Assembly (NCBI RefSeq): GCF_001194135.2
Contig: NC_068981.1
Location: 39,827,920 to 39,887,318 of the forward strand
Source of the DNA: Octopus bimaculoides
Lineage: Eukaryota
DNA: 59,399 bases
Direction: 5' to 3'
Within the stretch, counting starts at the first letter, position 1. Each line of letters opens with the position of its first letter. The notes below the pieces were generated by a model that was not told the DNA's origin, did no database searches, and saw only the letters and a list, made by a program, of their open reading frames with translations. Positions 26,433 through 39,823 of this stretch are shown here, piece after piece. The translations under genes were made by a program, and so were the position numbers.

Positions 26433-26490
<58 letters not shown>
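26345..26490. repeat. (GT)n microsatellite
   Basis: Direct. Confidence 0.97.
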
Positions 26491-28003
26491 TGTATGTGGG
26501 ATATCTGTGCCTGCATGTGCGCGAGAGGTAAGGAAATGGAGTCAAAATGAGCAAGAAATCTGCGATTTTGTCAGCAAAGTGTGTTATTCGGAAATAGTTG
26601 TTTAGTTGTAGTATGTTGGGTTATTCTTTGTGATTTAGTTACAAATCTCTTCGCATGAGGTGAGAAGGCGCGGACTAAGTCTTTCAGAGACTTGAAAATA
26701 TTCTTTGATTTATTGTTGGCCGGCTTGTAGATGTTGCAATAGTAGAAAAAATCTTACAATTCATGATAGTGGGTAGATTCATTCAGGTATTGTGTGTTTT
26801 ATTGTTTACCTTGCGGTTGTAATTGAATCGTTTTGGTGTCGTGGTTTTTGATTATGTGGAGACATTGTATCTTCCTTCGTGAGTCCTTTTTACCACATGA
26901 ACTTTTTCGAAACCCACTTTCGTTATCATAAATAAGAAACTATAGAACACAACATATAAGCAGTTCTTCTAAACAAAAATATAAATGATAAACTAAACTA
27001 AAGTTCAGAATATATAAAACAAAGTAGATAAAACTTTACTAAGAATAAGTAAGATTCTTTCAGTACAACTCACGAACATAAGAGATGACAAATTGTCAGC
27101 AATGTTTAATTGGGAATTCTATGTTCTTAATAGTTTACAGGATTTTGTTTTTGCTTTCTACTGTGAAAGCTTAAAATACAGATTCACATAGATACGGAGA
27201 AGAGAAAAGAAGTGCTGCCATTGAAAATTCATATACTATTTGAAATTATGATTCATTCCACATTCATAGAAAAAAAAAATAAGTTCGTTTGTTGTAAAAA
27301 TTTAGATTCCACTCACATAATTAGCTTAGCAAATTCTTGAAACTTCAAAGTAATTTTTTTTTATCTGTTCCATTCCTACAAAGAATTAATTTTGGTCGCG
27401 ATCCAATTTGCAAATGTCCATGTGTGGCAGAAATTATTTGCGGAAATACTTTTCTATACCACCGAATACTCAATTATCTCGTCATTTTGTACTGTGTTTC
27501 CATAAAAGTGTTTTATTAACAAATGATTCGATCTACCTTCAGAGTGAAATTATTTATATTCTTCCATTGCAGAAACTTTATGTTCATTTTAAGCTTCTGA
27601 AATATGTCTGATAAAGCATGATTTGCAAAGCTAATTTTCAAAATGGAAGAATCCCCTAGATTTGAGTCCTTTTCTAAGAAAAATAACATTACACGTTTTT
27701 AAGTCTACTATTCTCTTTTAACAATCAAAACACCTTTGTGTGTTTTAAAATCTTGCTCAACTCGGGTTCCTTACCATGGATGCGCGAATAGACAACTGTT
27801 CGGTGAGTGATTTTTAAGGATAATTTTAACTGCATTTTGTATGAACGCACATAATTCTGAAGAAAAAACACCAACTCTTAATCATTTTGCTTCCTGTTGA
27901 ATTATGCAATAAGCGAATATGGTAGGCGCATTGCCTGCAGATTTAATTTCAACTGAGCATCCTATGTTTGTGTCGTTATTTCTCCCGTGCCATGGATATA
28001 CAT

Positions 28004-28085
<82 letters not shown>

Positions 28086-28619
28086 NNNNNNNNNNNNNNN
28101 NNNNNNNNNNNNNNNNNNNNNNNNNNNNNNNNNNNNNNNNNNNNNNNNNNNNNNNNNNNNNNNNNNNNNNNNNNNNNNNNNNNNNNNNNNNNNNNNNNNN
28201 NNNNNNNNNNNNNNNNNNNNNNNNNNNNNNNNNNNNNNNNNNNNNNNNNNNNNNNNNNNNNNNNNNNNNNNNNNNNNNNNNNNNNNNNNNNNNNNNNNNN
28301 NNNNNNNNNNNNNNNNNNNNNNNNNNNNNNNNNNNNNNNNNNNNNNNNNNNNNNNNNNNNNNNNNNNNNNNNNNNNNNNNNNNNNNNNNNNNNNNNNNNN
28401 NNNNNNNNNNNNNNNNNNNNNNNNNNNNNNNNNNNNNNNNNNNNNNNNNNNNNNNNNNNNNNNNNNNNNNNNNNNNNNNNNNNNNNNNNNNNNNNNNNNN
28501 NNNNNNNNNNNNNNNNNNNNNNNNNNNNNNNNNNNNNNNNNNNNNNNNNNNNNNNNNNNNNNNNNNNNNNNNNNNNNNNNNNNNNNNNNNNNNNNNNNNN
28601 NNNNNNNNNNNNNNNNNTG

Positions 28620-28677
<58 letters not shown>

Positions 28678-28703
28678 CGTGTGTGTGTGTCACTTTACTC
28701 CAG

Positions 28704-28985
28704 AAATACTTGCCCTAAACTATAGTCCACCTCCAGTAATGCATCATCACCTGTTGCATGTCCATCTAACAATGAACAAAACAATAAGCCTCCGTGCACA
28801 TTGTTTTCTTACACAATTTCTTAAATTCCAACGGTTGAGCAGCATTTACAACGTCGGTCGATTCGACCAATTGATTTGCAAATTTAGTGTCCCTTCAATG
28901 CTGTATCTTTTGACATTGGAATGTTTTGTTTTTTCGCTTGAAGAAATGTTTCTGCGAATTATTTCTCTGATTCTACCTGTCCCCA
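28704..28985 (+). CDS. Weak candidate symmetric (phase 1-1) exon, 94 codons
   Basis: Acceptor cactttactccag|, donor CCCA|gtaagt, open frame; no recognisable domain. Confidence 0.25.
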
Positions 28986-29690
28986 GTAAGTTCTTTGCTC
29001 ATTGTGTATGTTTTCTTAACTTTTGTAAATAATTGTTAGGATTTGTCTGAGAAGCATTTTTCTTTTTGTAATAATACGAAGTTTTCAAACTACGTTCTTG
29101 TAGTTTCGAAGATTTCAATATTCTATCAAAAGAGCGTAAGGATTTACCTGCTTGTCTAGCATCAAGATAGTTTTCTACTTTAGTTGGTGATACTAAAGAT
29201 TCCAAAATCTGCAGCCTCTTCTTCAAACAAGTCAGACTTGTCTGGGGTGTTTGGAAAAAAAACTCAACGGTACAGTGCGTGTAATGCGCAGAGAGGATAT
29301 CCTGTAAAGTAAAATTCTGCCGGAAATTAGAAACTCCTAAATTGAAATTTATGTATATAAACGATTTCAACAAAAGAACTTCGACTCAATTAATAATATA
29401 AATTTTGCATACGTATATATATATATATATNNNNNNNNNNNNNNNNNNNNNNNNNNNNNNNNNNNNNNNNNNNNNNNNNNNNNNNNNNNNNNNNNNNNNN
29501 NNNNNNNNNNNNNNNNNNNNNNNNNNNNNNNNNNNNNNNNNNNNNNNNNNNNNNNNNNNNNNNNNNNNNNNNNNNNNNNNNNNNNNNNNNNNNNNNGAAA
29601 GCTGGGACTGCCATGTTGGCTTGGCGATAACTATTAATTTCCAGTACCGCTGCCGTAGTCTCCTTTAGAGAGACTTAGAAATATTAATAA

Positions 29691-29727
<37 letters not shown>

Positions 29728-29789
29728 ACCTTATTGTGGACAAGGCTGCGTGGCGTTCATATCTAAATGAATAAAAAATATACATTAAG

Positions 29790-31700
29790 TACAGGACAAA
29801 ATACCAAAAGAAGATAACTCACTCATCGGTTGTTGACTGTTTATTACGACCCATTTCCTGCTCACCATAAAAAAAAGACGCTTTGGCAAATTTTCGTCTT
29901 TTATTCTAAGAACATGCCCACTCCATCTCATTGGAGCCAAGATAATATGTTCAATTGAACTGCACCGTGCCATGCACAAAACCTCTGTATCTGGTATGAA
30001 ATATTCCCACTTGATTCCTAAGATACGTCTGAGGCACTTTTGATGAAATCTCTCCAGCATTTACATGTGACGATTGTGAGTGGTCCATGTCTCACTTGAA
30101 TAAAGAAGTGTGAGTCCGAAATGTACATATAAGGTGGAAAATCTGTCCATTAAATGTTGCTTAACCCCCCTCTGAGTGTGCCAACAAATCAGCATCATCA
30201 GCATAAATTAATTCTCTAAGAACTATTTTGAAAGTCCTTGCGTTGCAGTTAAACCGGCTCAAATTAAAAATACGACCAGATGTCCGAAATCTGATTCCGA
30301 TTCCCCTGTTGCAATCCTTGAAAGCATACCAAACTAATGCAGCAAACTAAATAGAGAAAAGTGTAGGAGCAGGAATATCTCCCTGTTTGACACCGTTGTC
30401 CACCGAAAATTCACGAGATAGCTCACCATTCAAGACTACTTGCACTTTGATGTTTCTGTATAGTCCTTTTAAAATGCTCACAAAATGTGTTAGACAATGA
30501 AGTTTACACAAAACAATCCACAGTGCCTCTATGTTCATCGTGTCAAATGCCTTACTTAGATCTATGAAGATCTGAATAGTGGCATTTGTTCCTCTAAGCA
30601 TTTCTCTTGAACCTGCCTCACAGAAAATATCTCCTCGCTCGGGTCTGAAACCACACTGTTCTTCAGGAATCACATGTGGACACACATTCTCAACAAAACG
30701 ATCTAACATGACCCTTGAAAGTATCTTCCTACTATGTGCTAGAAGGGTTATCCCTCTAGAATTATCACACACTGATTTCGGGCCCTTACTCTTGTATACA
30801 GAAATTAGAATGCCATTTATCCGTTCTTAAGGCACAGAAAATTAATTCCAAACTCGAGTTATCAGGTTATGAATTTCAGATGAAATATGATCCTGCTTTC
30901 AGAATTTCAACTTGAATACCATCTAATCTAGGAGCCTTACCTGATCTCACTTTACATTATGCCAGATTTACTTCTTCAGTGGAAGGTGTATCATCCATGT
31001 GTTGCGCTATCTCTCTTTGCAGAATGTTGCTTATGATATCCATGTTCACTACAGACAGATTGTGGAAAAGATCTGCAAAGTGATCTCTCCATCTATTCAT
31101 TATTCCAGGAGGATCTTTAATAACTTCATTTCTATCTTTCGACTTCAAGGGAACATATAATGATGAAGATTGCGGTCTAAAAGCTTGCCGCAATAAGCTA
31201 TAGAAAATTTTAATGTCTTTCCTGTCATAGGCTGCCTGTACTTCCTCAGAAAAATCTCTCCACTAAGTGTCTTTAATCCTCCTGAGTTCTTTTTACAAGC
31301 CTGCTCTCTGAGATTCGTACAACTTTTCTAGTTGCACTTTGTTCTTAACGTTTGAGTCAAGAAGTTTTTCATGAGTGGACCTCTTTGTTGCTGAAAGGTC
31401 ATTTATCACTGTATCATTGGATTCAAATCAGTCTCAGTCTTGTCTTCCCTTAAAACCTAACACCTCTGATCCCATTTTATATATTCCATCACGGAAAGAT
31501 TGCCACGAACCTTCAAGATGAATATTGCTGCATCTCTTCTGAAACAACCGCAAAGCTTGTGGTTGTTCTAGCTTCTCTACATCAATTTTCTTTGGTACTC
31601 GTACATCTGCACTACGAATCTTCTTACAGACCCTGAACTTGAACTTTGCCCTAACCATTTTGTGATCAGTGCCACAATCAACACATCGCAATACTCTGAT
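29790..31700 (-). mobile_element. RTE (BovB-like) LINE, 5'-truncated: end of endonuclease, RT, post-RT; disrupted
   Basis: DCGTDHKMVRAKF; SRGITLL; EEQCGFRPERG; FIDLSKAFDT; GVKQGDIPAPTLFS; YADD-like TATGCTGATGAT; LERFHQKCLRRILGIKW. Confidence 0.92.
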
Positions 31701-32585
31701 TGCCCCTGGAAACAGCTCCGCAACCATAGGATGAATTTGATCAGATAAATGCTTAAATAGTCTTGACTGTTAATTCTACCATGAAGGAAAACCATTAGTC
31801 CGGCGGATTTCCAAGATATAGCCCCCACCAGATCATGACAGATCCTCCTCCATGCTTAACAGTTGGAAGAAAGCAGTCTGGGTCTAATGCTTCTTTTGAC
31901 TATTTCCACAGGTATACTCGGCCGGTGGTCGGAAATAAGGTAAAGGATGACTCGTCCGAAAAAATAAAATTCTTCCACTGCTCTAGGGACCAATTGTGTA
32001 GGTTTGTACTCCACTCTAAACGCTTTGGAACGTTTGTTTTTGAAAGAGGTGGTTTTCTGATTGCAACCCTGCCGTGAAATCCGGCTTTGTGCAGTTCCCG
32101 GCGAACAGTTTTTATGGAAACTGGGTTCTCGAGGTGGTCAGTAATTTTGGGAGCTGTACGTTTGTGATCCTTTCTAACAATTCGCGTAAGAGCCCTATGG
32201 TCCCTATTTGAATATTTAGTTTTCTTCCGGAGTTTTGTTTCGATGAGGAGATTTTTCCCTCTTTCTCAGAGGCTCTCAGTATTTCCGAGACAGTACTTGT
32301 TGATACACCAAACATTTCAGCTGTTTTCGTTACGCTAGCGCCTGCCATACGAGCACCAACAATTTGACCTCTTTGAAAGTCCGATAGATCTGTTATTTTA
32401 ATGAATATTAATTACTTTTCTCTGATGATATCTCAAATGAAAGAGCAATTTTAGCAAAACATATTAATCAACACTAATAATAAATCAAAAAACATAAAAA
32501 TAAACAAGCTTTTGACGGTTTTATAGATATTTCAAAATTATGATGCTATGATGCTAGGGTTTTCCATTATTTTGTCCAAACCCTG
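31700..32585 (-). mobile_element. Tc1-family transposon, 5' half with TIR
   Basis: TA+CAGGGTTTGGACAAAATAATGG terminus at 32585; HTH GASVTKTAEMFGVS; FSDESSF; TVKHGGGSVMIW; truncated after HPMVAELFPG. Confidence 0.9.
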
Positions 32586-34873
32586 TATATATCGCTAGAT
32601 AGATAAATAGATAGACAGACAGAAAGATAGATATATAGATGGATAGAGTTGGTTAGAGCCAAATAAATTCTGTATAGATAACACTAAGTAGTACTCAAGC
32701 GAACATGCATTTAACTTTTGATTTCCTCGTTCAGGCCAAGGCCCACGACATTCGGAGTGCCTATTAGATAACTTGAAATCGAGGTGTAATATAGGTAGTA
32801 AGGTAGAAAAACACACATAGTTAGGCTTGAGATATATATTTACATGAAGCACAAAATACAGATCATGAAATATATAAAAAAGGATATTTTTAGAGAAAAT
32901 GATGTACTCTTCTTTCGATAGCTGTTTCAAGAGGCCCAGAAATATGCAATAACTATATTTCATAGGTGAGGTGTGCATAATGTCAGAGATGTGCGGCCAG
33001 CATTTGCTAATCTTTCGAAAAAGAGGCCTGACTTACTGTAATAGTGTCATCCGTATTTGTCACTGGTCGCACAATTATGACATTATGCACATATCACCTG
33101 TGAATTATGCTAATAACGTAACTCTTGACTTCGTGAAACAGCTGTCGATATATTATATTACGTATTTTTTCTCTGTATATGGTGCGAGTGAGAATGCTCT
33201 GACAAGCGCCATATGACATCAGTAGATCAATAAATATTGTGTTCTGGCTTGACTTTGTACGACAGTTCTTGTTGATCTCTAAAGTCGTTAGGTGCTCGAC
33301 TATATATTTTCATATCATGCACGCACATGCACACGCACACGCACATGTACACGTACACACACACACACACATACACATTCCTGTACATACGTAAAGGATA
33401 TTTTGTTTTTTGGAGAAAGGGAGAAAGACAAAAGACAGAAAGGAGAAAGTGCTAGAAAGAAAGAGGAAAGAAGCAAAAAGGAGAGGAAGAGCGACAGAGA
33501 AAAAGAGGCTTCTTTTCAATTACATTGTATCGATGTAGTCAACCTACTGAAATGTAATTGCGATTCAAGATGTCATTCTGTTATGTCTTCAGTGGTTTTG
33601 AATATCACATCGCCAAAAATATTATGACGACGTTGGGGTGTGTACAAGGGTGTAGGAATAGTATTATCCAAATAAATATTTGGATACGGTTATCTGGAAT
33701 AGCCTTTCGCAGAATTAATATGTTCACACAGAACGTGATTAGTACCGCGCCAAACGTAGATACGATATTAAACTAACACAGTAACCCGATACGAACGATG
33801 AACGTCAATTGCTGACAGTGCACAGTTTCTTCATTTTATTGAAATGCACCAGTCCACTTTTAGTCACGTGGGGGTAGTCTGGATCCTTCCATAACACATT
33901 CTCGATTCAGTCATTGTTTACAAAAGCACCTCTTTCCTTCTCCTTTCTCTTCTCTCATTATATACATATTAACAAGGCGGCGAACTGGTAGAAACATTAG
34001 CGTGCCGGGCGAAATGCCTAGTGGTATTTCGTCTGCCGTTACGTTCTGATTCAAATTTTGCCGAGGTCGACTTTGCCTTTCATCCTTTCGAGGTCGATAA
34101 ATAAAGTACCAGTTACGCACTGGAGTCGATGTAATCAACTTAATCCGGCTGTCTGTCCTTGTTTGTCCCCTCTATGTTTAACTCCTTGTGGGCTAAACAT
34201 AGAGGAGGCGTTTACTGTTGTAAAAAAGCGAAAGAGAAAAGAGCGGGTGGGCTCTCCGACAGAGAACCAAAAACGAAAGAAGGAAGTAGAAGAAAAAATA
34301 GAGGAGGTACAGAGGAACTGGTCAGATATACCAGCAGAAATATTGCAATATAGAGTATAAAAAGCTGAAAGAACTACGAACTCGTATTTGTAGATGAAGT
34401 GAACCTTTGGGGGAAGAAATTGAATTTAAAGAACTACCAAAAGTAGTTACATACGAGAAGTTAATACCTCTAATGAATGGTAATAAAGGAGTACTTTGAA
34501 AAAGGAACGAAAAAAAGAAATAGACTAATTAACAAAGGAGAAAAAGAAAAGGTAAAAAAGAAGAAATAGACTTTAAAAAAAACGGGGAAAAGATGCGGAA
34601 AGAAAAAAACTTTCATAACTTGTATAAATTAACAGTTAAATGGTACAGATTGAGAAGTGAGGCTCAATGCATCCATTTCATTACCATCGATTTCCTTATA
34701 CATTTTTTCATTTTCATTCGTTTTATGTTTTTGTCCCCACCGTAGTGTTCTGTCTGTCCTTGTGCTGTCCCCTCTGTGTAAAAGCCTGAGTGCTTAAATA
34801 AAGAAAAACCTGTTATTGTAAACCTGTTATTTCTTGAACTATTGTTATTACTTGAATTTGTTGGAATTTTTAT

Positions 34874-35420
34874 TTGTCTTCCCCATTTATGGGCGAAGTT
34901 GTGAAGAACATTATTATGGAGAATAGACAAGTGCAAACAGGCAGTTATGCTGCGGTGACTGGCAAAAGCCTGTCAGCGGAGCTACTGCAGGTCGGTGAAA
35001 TAGAAGTCAAAGACAAGGAGTTCAAGAAATACAACATCTTGTTGAGAAAGGAGGGAGACAGTCTCAGACTGACGCCTCCCAAAGAAGTTATTGAGAATAC
35101 GGAAAAGAGAACTATCATCTACAGAACGCTAAACGTAGCGTCGAAGAAAGTAGAGATAGCAGCTGTAGAAGCACTAGAGGAATGTTTGAAAGAGGTGAAA
35201 GACTCGACTACATTCTACACCAGAGGACGGAAGTTCGGCAAGGTGGAGGTGCGCTCCATAAACGAAAATGAAGCAAAGAAGTACTCCACTGTAGCCTTGA
35301 AATCAGTGGTGTGGGCGCTACTACCTACTTACTCTGGCAAATGTGCGGCCAGAGTAAGGATAGGTAGAGTGCCACCTGAAATTGACGAGGCATGGCTGGT
35401 GGCAGCTATCCTCTATCATA
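34874..35420 (+). mobile_element. Probable L1/Tx1-like LINE ORF1 fragment
   Basis: 187-aa ORF with SYAAV and VRIGRVPPEIDEAWL, resembling L1/Tx1 ORF1 RRM-like regions; embedded among repeats. Confidence 0.5.
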
Positions 35421-35919
35421 CAAGATGTCACTTGTAGGAAGAAAAAGAAAAGAGCAAAGAGAAAGAAGAAAAATAAAAGGGAAAGATAGAGAGAAAGAAG
35501 CTTCTTTTCAATTTATAATTTTATCGATGTGATCAACTCTTTGAAATTTAATTTCAATTCAAAATGTCATACTTGATTCAATCACTGATTTTGAAAGTCT
35601 CCCCCCTCTCTCCCTCCCCTTCTCTTATCATATACATATTAAAATGTAAGTGATTCTTAAGTAAGTATAGTCACAATTATAAAGTATGAAATAAATCTAG
35701 AGTTCAAAGTTCAATGAAAATATACATTCACTGCAATGTTGATTGATTTAAAACGATATGTTTGGAGAGGGCCAAACTGGAGTATTCAAGTACTCGCATT
35801 ATTTCTCCCCAGTCGTATTTTCCAGGAAAGTTAACTGGATATAGTGGGTGTGTGAGCAAACTATGTGCTGTTCATAAATTGTTCCATTTGAAAGAGTGTT
35901 CATGCATATTGTCTTTGCT

Positions 35920-36880
35920 TTTCTTTCAAGCGTTTAGTTTTGGTGAGAATTGTTTTTTTATTTTTTTTTTTTTTATAAAATGCAGTTCCATTGCCTTTCG
36001 GAACTTTGGGTCATCCCTTGAACATTTCTAGAAGGGGAAGATTTTGAATTTTCCTTATCCACATATTTCTAGATGTATACTCAGTGGAATCTAGTGTAGT
36101 TCTTCTTGTGTGATGTTCAGCTCCATTGCCTTTATATTTCCATCATTTATAAATTTCAAGGAGTAATTCGGTTTTTTTAAGAATCCTTTGAGCTCATTAA
36201 TTCGAATTTGATGTATTTTGGGGGTCAATTAGTATAGTACAGATACGTCTTGCCATACTGTATGGGATGTTCTTTTAATGTGTGAGTGATAGCAAGAGTA
36301 GAAATTCAAATACTGGTGTGTATCTGTTTTTTTTTTTGTAAAATATCTCGGTTGTGACTGTGGAGACGTGTATTTTTATGTGAATATCTAAGAATAGTAA
36401 TTCATTATAACTAGTTTCTATCGTGAATTTGATAGATAAGTGAAGTATGTTGAGGATGTTAATAAATATTTGGAGATCTTCATTTGACCTGTCCAAAAAA
36501 ATGAAGCAGTCATCGAGGTAGCGCTTCCATCCTCCAATGACGTATGTCTTGCAATTATCATTAAAAGCTTTCTCTACTTCATCGTAAAGCTTATTTTCTA
36601 GGAACCTCATCACTAGGTTAGCATATTAGGGTGCAAACCTCATCTCCTGAACCGTGTCCTTTATCTGTCGATATAATTTATCATCGAATCTACATGTATT
36701 CTCTCCTAGTACCAGGCATGTAGCTTGGCAATGAAGTCCATTTTGGAGATGAACACCAGTCGTCAATGTGATCTGCTTGAAAAATTGTTAAGATATTAAG
36801 ATTTTTTTTCTAATTTGAAATCAATGGTGGCCTTATGCACAAAGAAATGTTATCTACCAATGCGGTGTTGAGCACTCATT
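35920..36880 (-). mobile_element. Penelope-like element RT and thumb, disrupted
   Basis: YRQIK...FAP*YANLVM; WKRYLDDCF; LNILHLSIKFT.E; FLDI; PYSMARRICTI. Confidence 0.88.
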
Positions 36881-36900
36881 CTCGTCGGTCGACATTCACG

Positions 36901-36961
<61 letters not shown>

Positions 36962-37055
36962 ATGTATGTATAGGTATTGTAAAACTTAGAGGTAATACTT
37001 GATAAGTGTAAGCACCTGTATATGCCAGATAGTGGCCGAGGTGAAAAAATATATA

Positions 37056-37631
37056 AAACGTAAAATGAAAACAGAACACAAAGGATTCCGCGGTACACGT
37101 GTTTCAAGCTTTATACACAAACAGTCGTTGCATCATTATATGAGTATATAATTGATAGAGAGGATGGTTTAAAGCTATCTTCAGCCGCAAAATTTTCAGT
37201 CCCAAGATTACATCACAAAGAAAAAAGAAAAAGAGAGAGAAAAAGGAAAAAGTCCACTTAGTATTATCCATTGTAATGTGCTTATCCATTAAATTATTAT
37301 ATCTGCATAAATGTTCCTTGGAATTCAAAAATCTGTACCACAATTCAATCTATTTATCATTCACTCTACCCTGAATTGTGGTACAATATGGACAGACTTT
37401 TGAATACCAAGGATATAACAATTTAAAGGATAAGCACATTACAATGGATAATACTAAGTGGACTTTTTCCTTTTTCTCTCTCTTTTTCTTTTTTCTTTGT
37501 GATGTAATCTTGGGACTGAAAATGTTTCCTCTCTATCAATTATATACTCATATAATGATGCAACGACTGTTTGTGTATAAAGCTTGAAACACGTGTACCG
37601 CGGAATCCTTTGTGTTCTGTTTTCATTTTAC

Positions 37632-37635
<4 letters not shown>
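37056..37635. repeat. ~580 bp near-perfect inverted repeat (inverted pseudo-LTR) bracketed by (TA)n
   Basis: Arms nearly identical (mirror ORFs 37104-37343- and 37378-37587+); loop 37348-37371; the right arm lacks ~22 nt containing the HHR core. Confidence 0.95.
37088..37190 (-). ncRNA. Type I hammerhead ribozyme motif with long stem II loop
   Basis: TTGCGG-CTGAAGA-TAGCTTTA...TAAAGCTT-GAAAC-ACGT-GTA-CCGCGG; U.U at the stem II base then 7 bp; palindromic helix III ACACGTGT. Confidence 0.75.
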
Positions 37636-37684
<49 letters not shown>

Positions 37685-38669
37685 TAGATAGATATGTGTG
37701 TGTGTTTGTATGTTTGTGTGCGTGTGTGTGTGTGTGTATACATACATACACGCCTGTGAGTTTATGTGTTTATGTACTAAGTATTAAACATTTCTCTTTC
37801 TTTATAGACAATAACCCATGAGATTAGCATACGAGTATATGTGTGTCTGTATGTGTGGTCACGCAAGCGCGTGTGATCTGTGTACTCGCTTACATTTACA
37901 CAAAATTTTGTTCTCTCAAAAATTCTATTTCTTATTGCTGAACTTTTACGCTTTCGAAAGAAAATTCTATTTTCTTATTGCTTGATCGGTGGATTGAATT
38001 ATTTTTCGACGTCTTGCTTCTGGTCAATAATTCCTCTTTAAGCCGAACGAAAAAGATATGGTAATCTTCCTCGTAAAAATCGTTGTAGGTATATTTGGAA
38101 ACAATGCCAAGTGACAAAATAAAGAAAAAAAATCATCTTCCTTCATTTATAGTTCCTGTTTTAATAGAAATGAAAACAAAATAATTTCTGTAGCATGTTG
38201 TGATCTATTTACAATCTCTGTCTTTCAATGATTCCAAAATTTCTCGTTTTCTTGCTCGACAACTGCCAAACATATTTTTCCGTGTAAAATGGAATTATAA
38301 ATATCATTATATTTCTAAAGATATCCTTCTGCTCTGGTTGCATTTATAAAGTTCAATACTGGTATAGAAATCCTCCTCCATTATGTGTACTTTAAAAAAA
38401 ACATGTTATTTAATGAAACACTTTTTGCAACTGTGTATGATTGGCTAACAGAATTCTTGGATACGGCTTTAATTTCTAGTTGCTTTCACTTTTCTATTAC
38501 TAATTCAACTCCAGAATTTGCTGAAAGAATGCTGTTTCTGAAAGGTGAAATGCATGTAGTACTTCAATGTTGCACCATCAACAAATTTCGATATATTGTC
38601 CTGAAAAATAAAATTTTCTACTCTTTAGGGGAAATTCATGTATTTACAGTAGTAATATTGTTTTCTACT

Positions 38670-39342
38670 CTAGGCACAAGGCCAGAAGTTTTGGGAGAGA
38701 GGGCTAGTCGATTACATCGACCCCAGTACGCAACTTGTACATAATTTATCGACCCCGAAAGGATGAAAGGCAAAATCGACCTCGGCGGAATTTGAACTCA
38801 GAACGTAGCGGCAGACAAGATATCGCTAAGCATTTCGCCCGGAGTGATAACGTTTCTGGCCGTCTTTCCACAGTAACAATATTAGTTTAACATCTGTAAG
38901 GCGGCGAGCCGGTAGAATCGTTAGCATGCTCAACAAAATACTTCGTGGCATTTCGTCCGTCCTTACGTTCTGAGTTTAAATTCTGCGGTGATCAATTTTG
39001 CTTTTCATCATTTCGAGGTCGGTGAAATGAGTACCAGTTGTGTCGTGGGATCGATCTAATTGACTTACCACCTCTCTCGAAATTGCTGGCCCTGTGCTAA
39101 AATTCGAAACCAATATTAGTTTAATATTGATTTCAAATTTTGGCACAAGACAAGCAATTTCGAGGAGAGGCAAATCGTTTACAACGACCCCAGTGCTTTA
39201 CTGATACTTAGCTAGTACTTTCGACCCCGAAAGAATGGAATCAAAGCCGCCCTCGGCGGAATTTGAGCTCAGACTGTAAAGACGAACGAAATGTCGCTAA
39301 GCATTTCATCCGGCGTGCTAACGATTTAGCCAGATCATCGCC
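38670..39342. mobile_element. Three adjacent SINE-like copies, alternating + - +
   Basis: About 38670-38850(+), 38900-39111(-), 39133-39342(+), each followed by AATATTAGTTT. Confidence 0.9.
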
Positions 39343-39682
39343 ATAAATATTAGTTTGATATCAGCACCACATTTGTAGGATATTTAGGTGTGCTAACTGC
39401 TATTGTCAGCTTTGCACTGAGATTTCAGTTGCTGCAAATATTTCTATGGATAAGCAAGGAAGCGAAATTTTCCTGCAACAGATTTATTTGACATTCCATT
39501 GGCATTAACGACATGTTCCCTACCAGATTCTGGGCAAATATGTTCGTCTTTTAGTATCGATTTACCGGATTGTTTCTTCGAAAGGGCTAACTAAAGAGTG
39601 TGAACATTAAAGATACCACAACGGTTTTTAGCAATATCACGTCATGTTAATATTGTTGGTGATAGTTATTAATATTACATTA

Positions 39683-39823
39683 AATATTCAAATGCCACCG
39701 AGATCGACTTTGCCTTCCATCCTGCCGGTGTCAATAAGATGAGTACCAGTTGAGCACTGGAGTCGATGTAATCGACTTATCACCTTCCCCGAAATTGCTA
39801 GCCTTCTCTAAAAATTTAAAACC
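39683..39823 (-). mobile_element. Truncated SINE-like copy with 12 bp TSD
   Basis: AATATTACATTA at 39671-39682 and 39824-39835. Confidence 0.8.

Noticed and set aside
29148-29241. - strand segment with good splice sites (TSLTCLKKRLQ...)
   Set aside because: Phase does not chain with the 27.8/24.6 kb candidates and there is no homology; could be a UTR exon or cryptic sites.
37932-38155. Single - strand exon from the acceptor at ~38156
   Set aside because: Stops in all three frames right after the acceptor.
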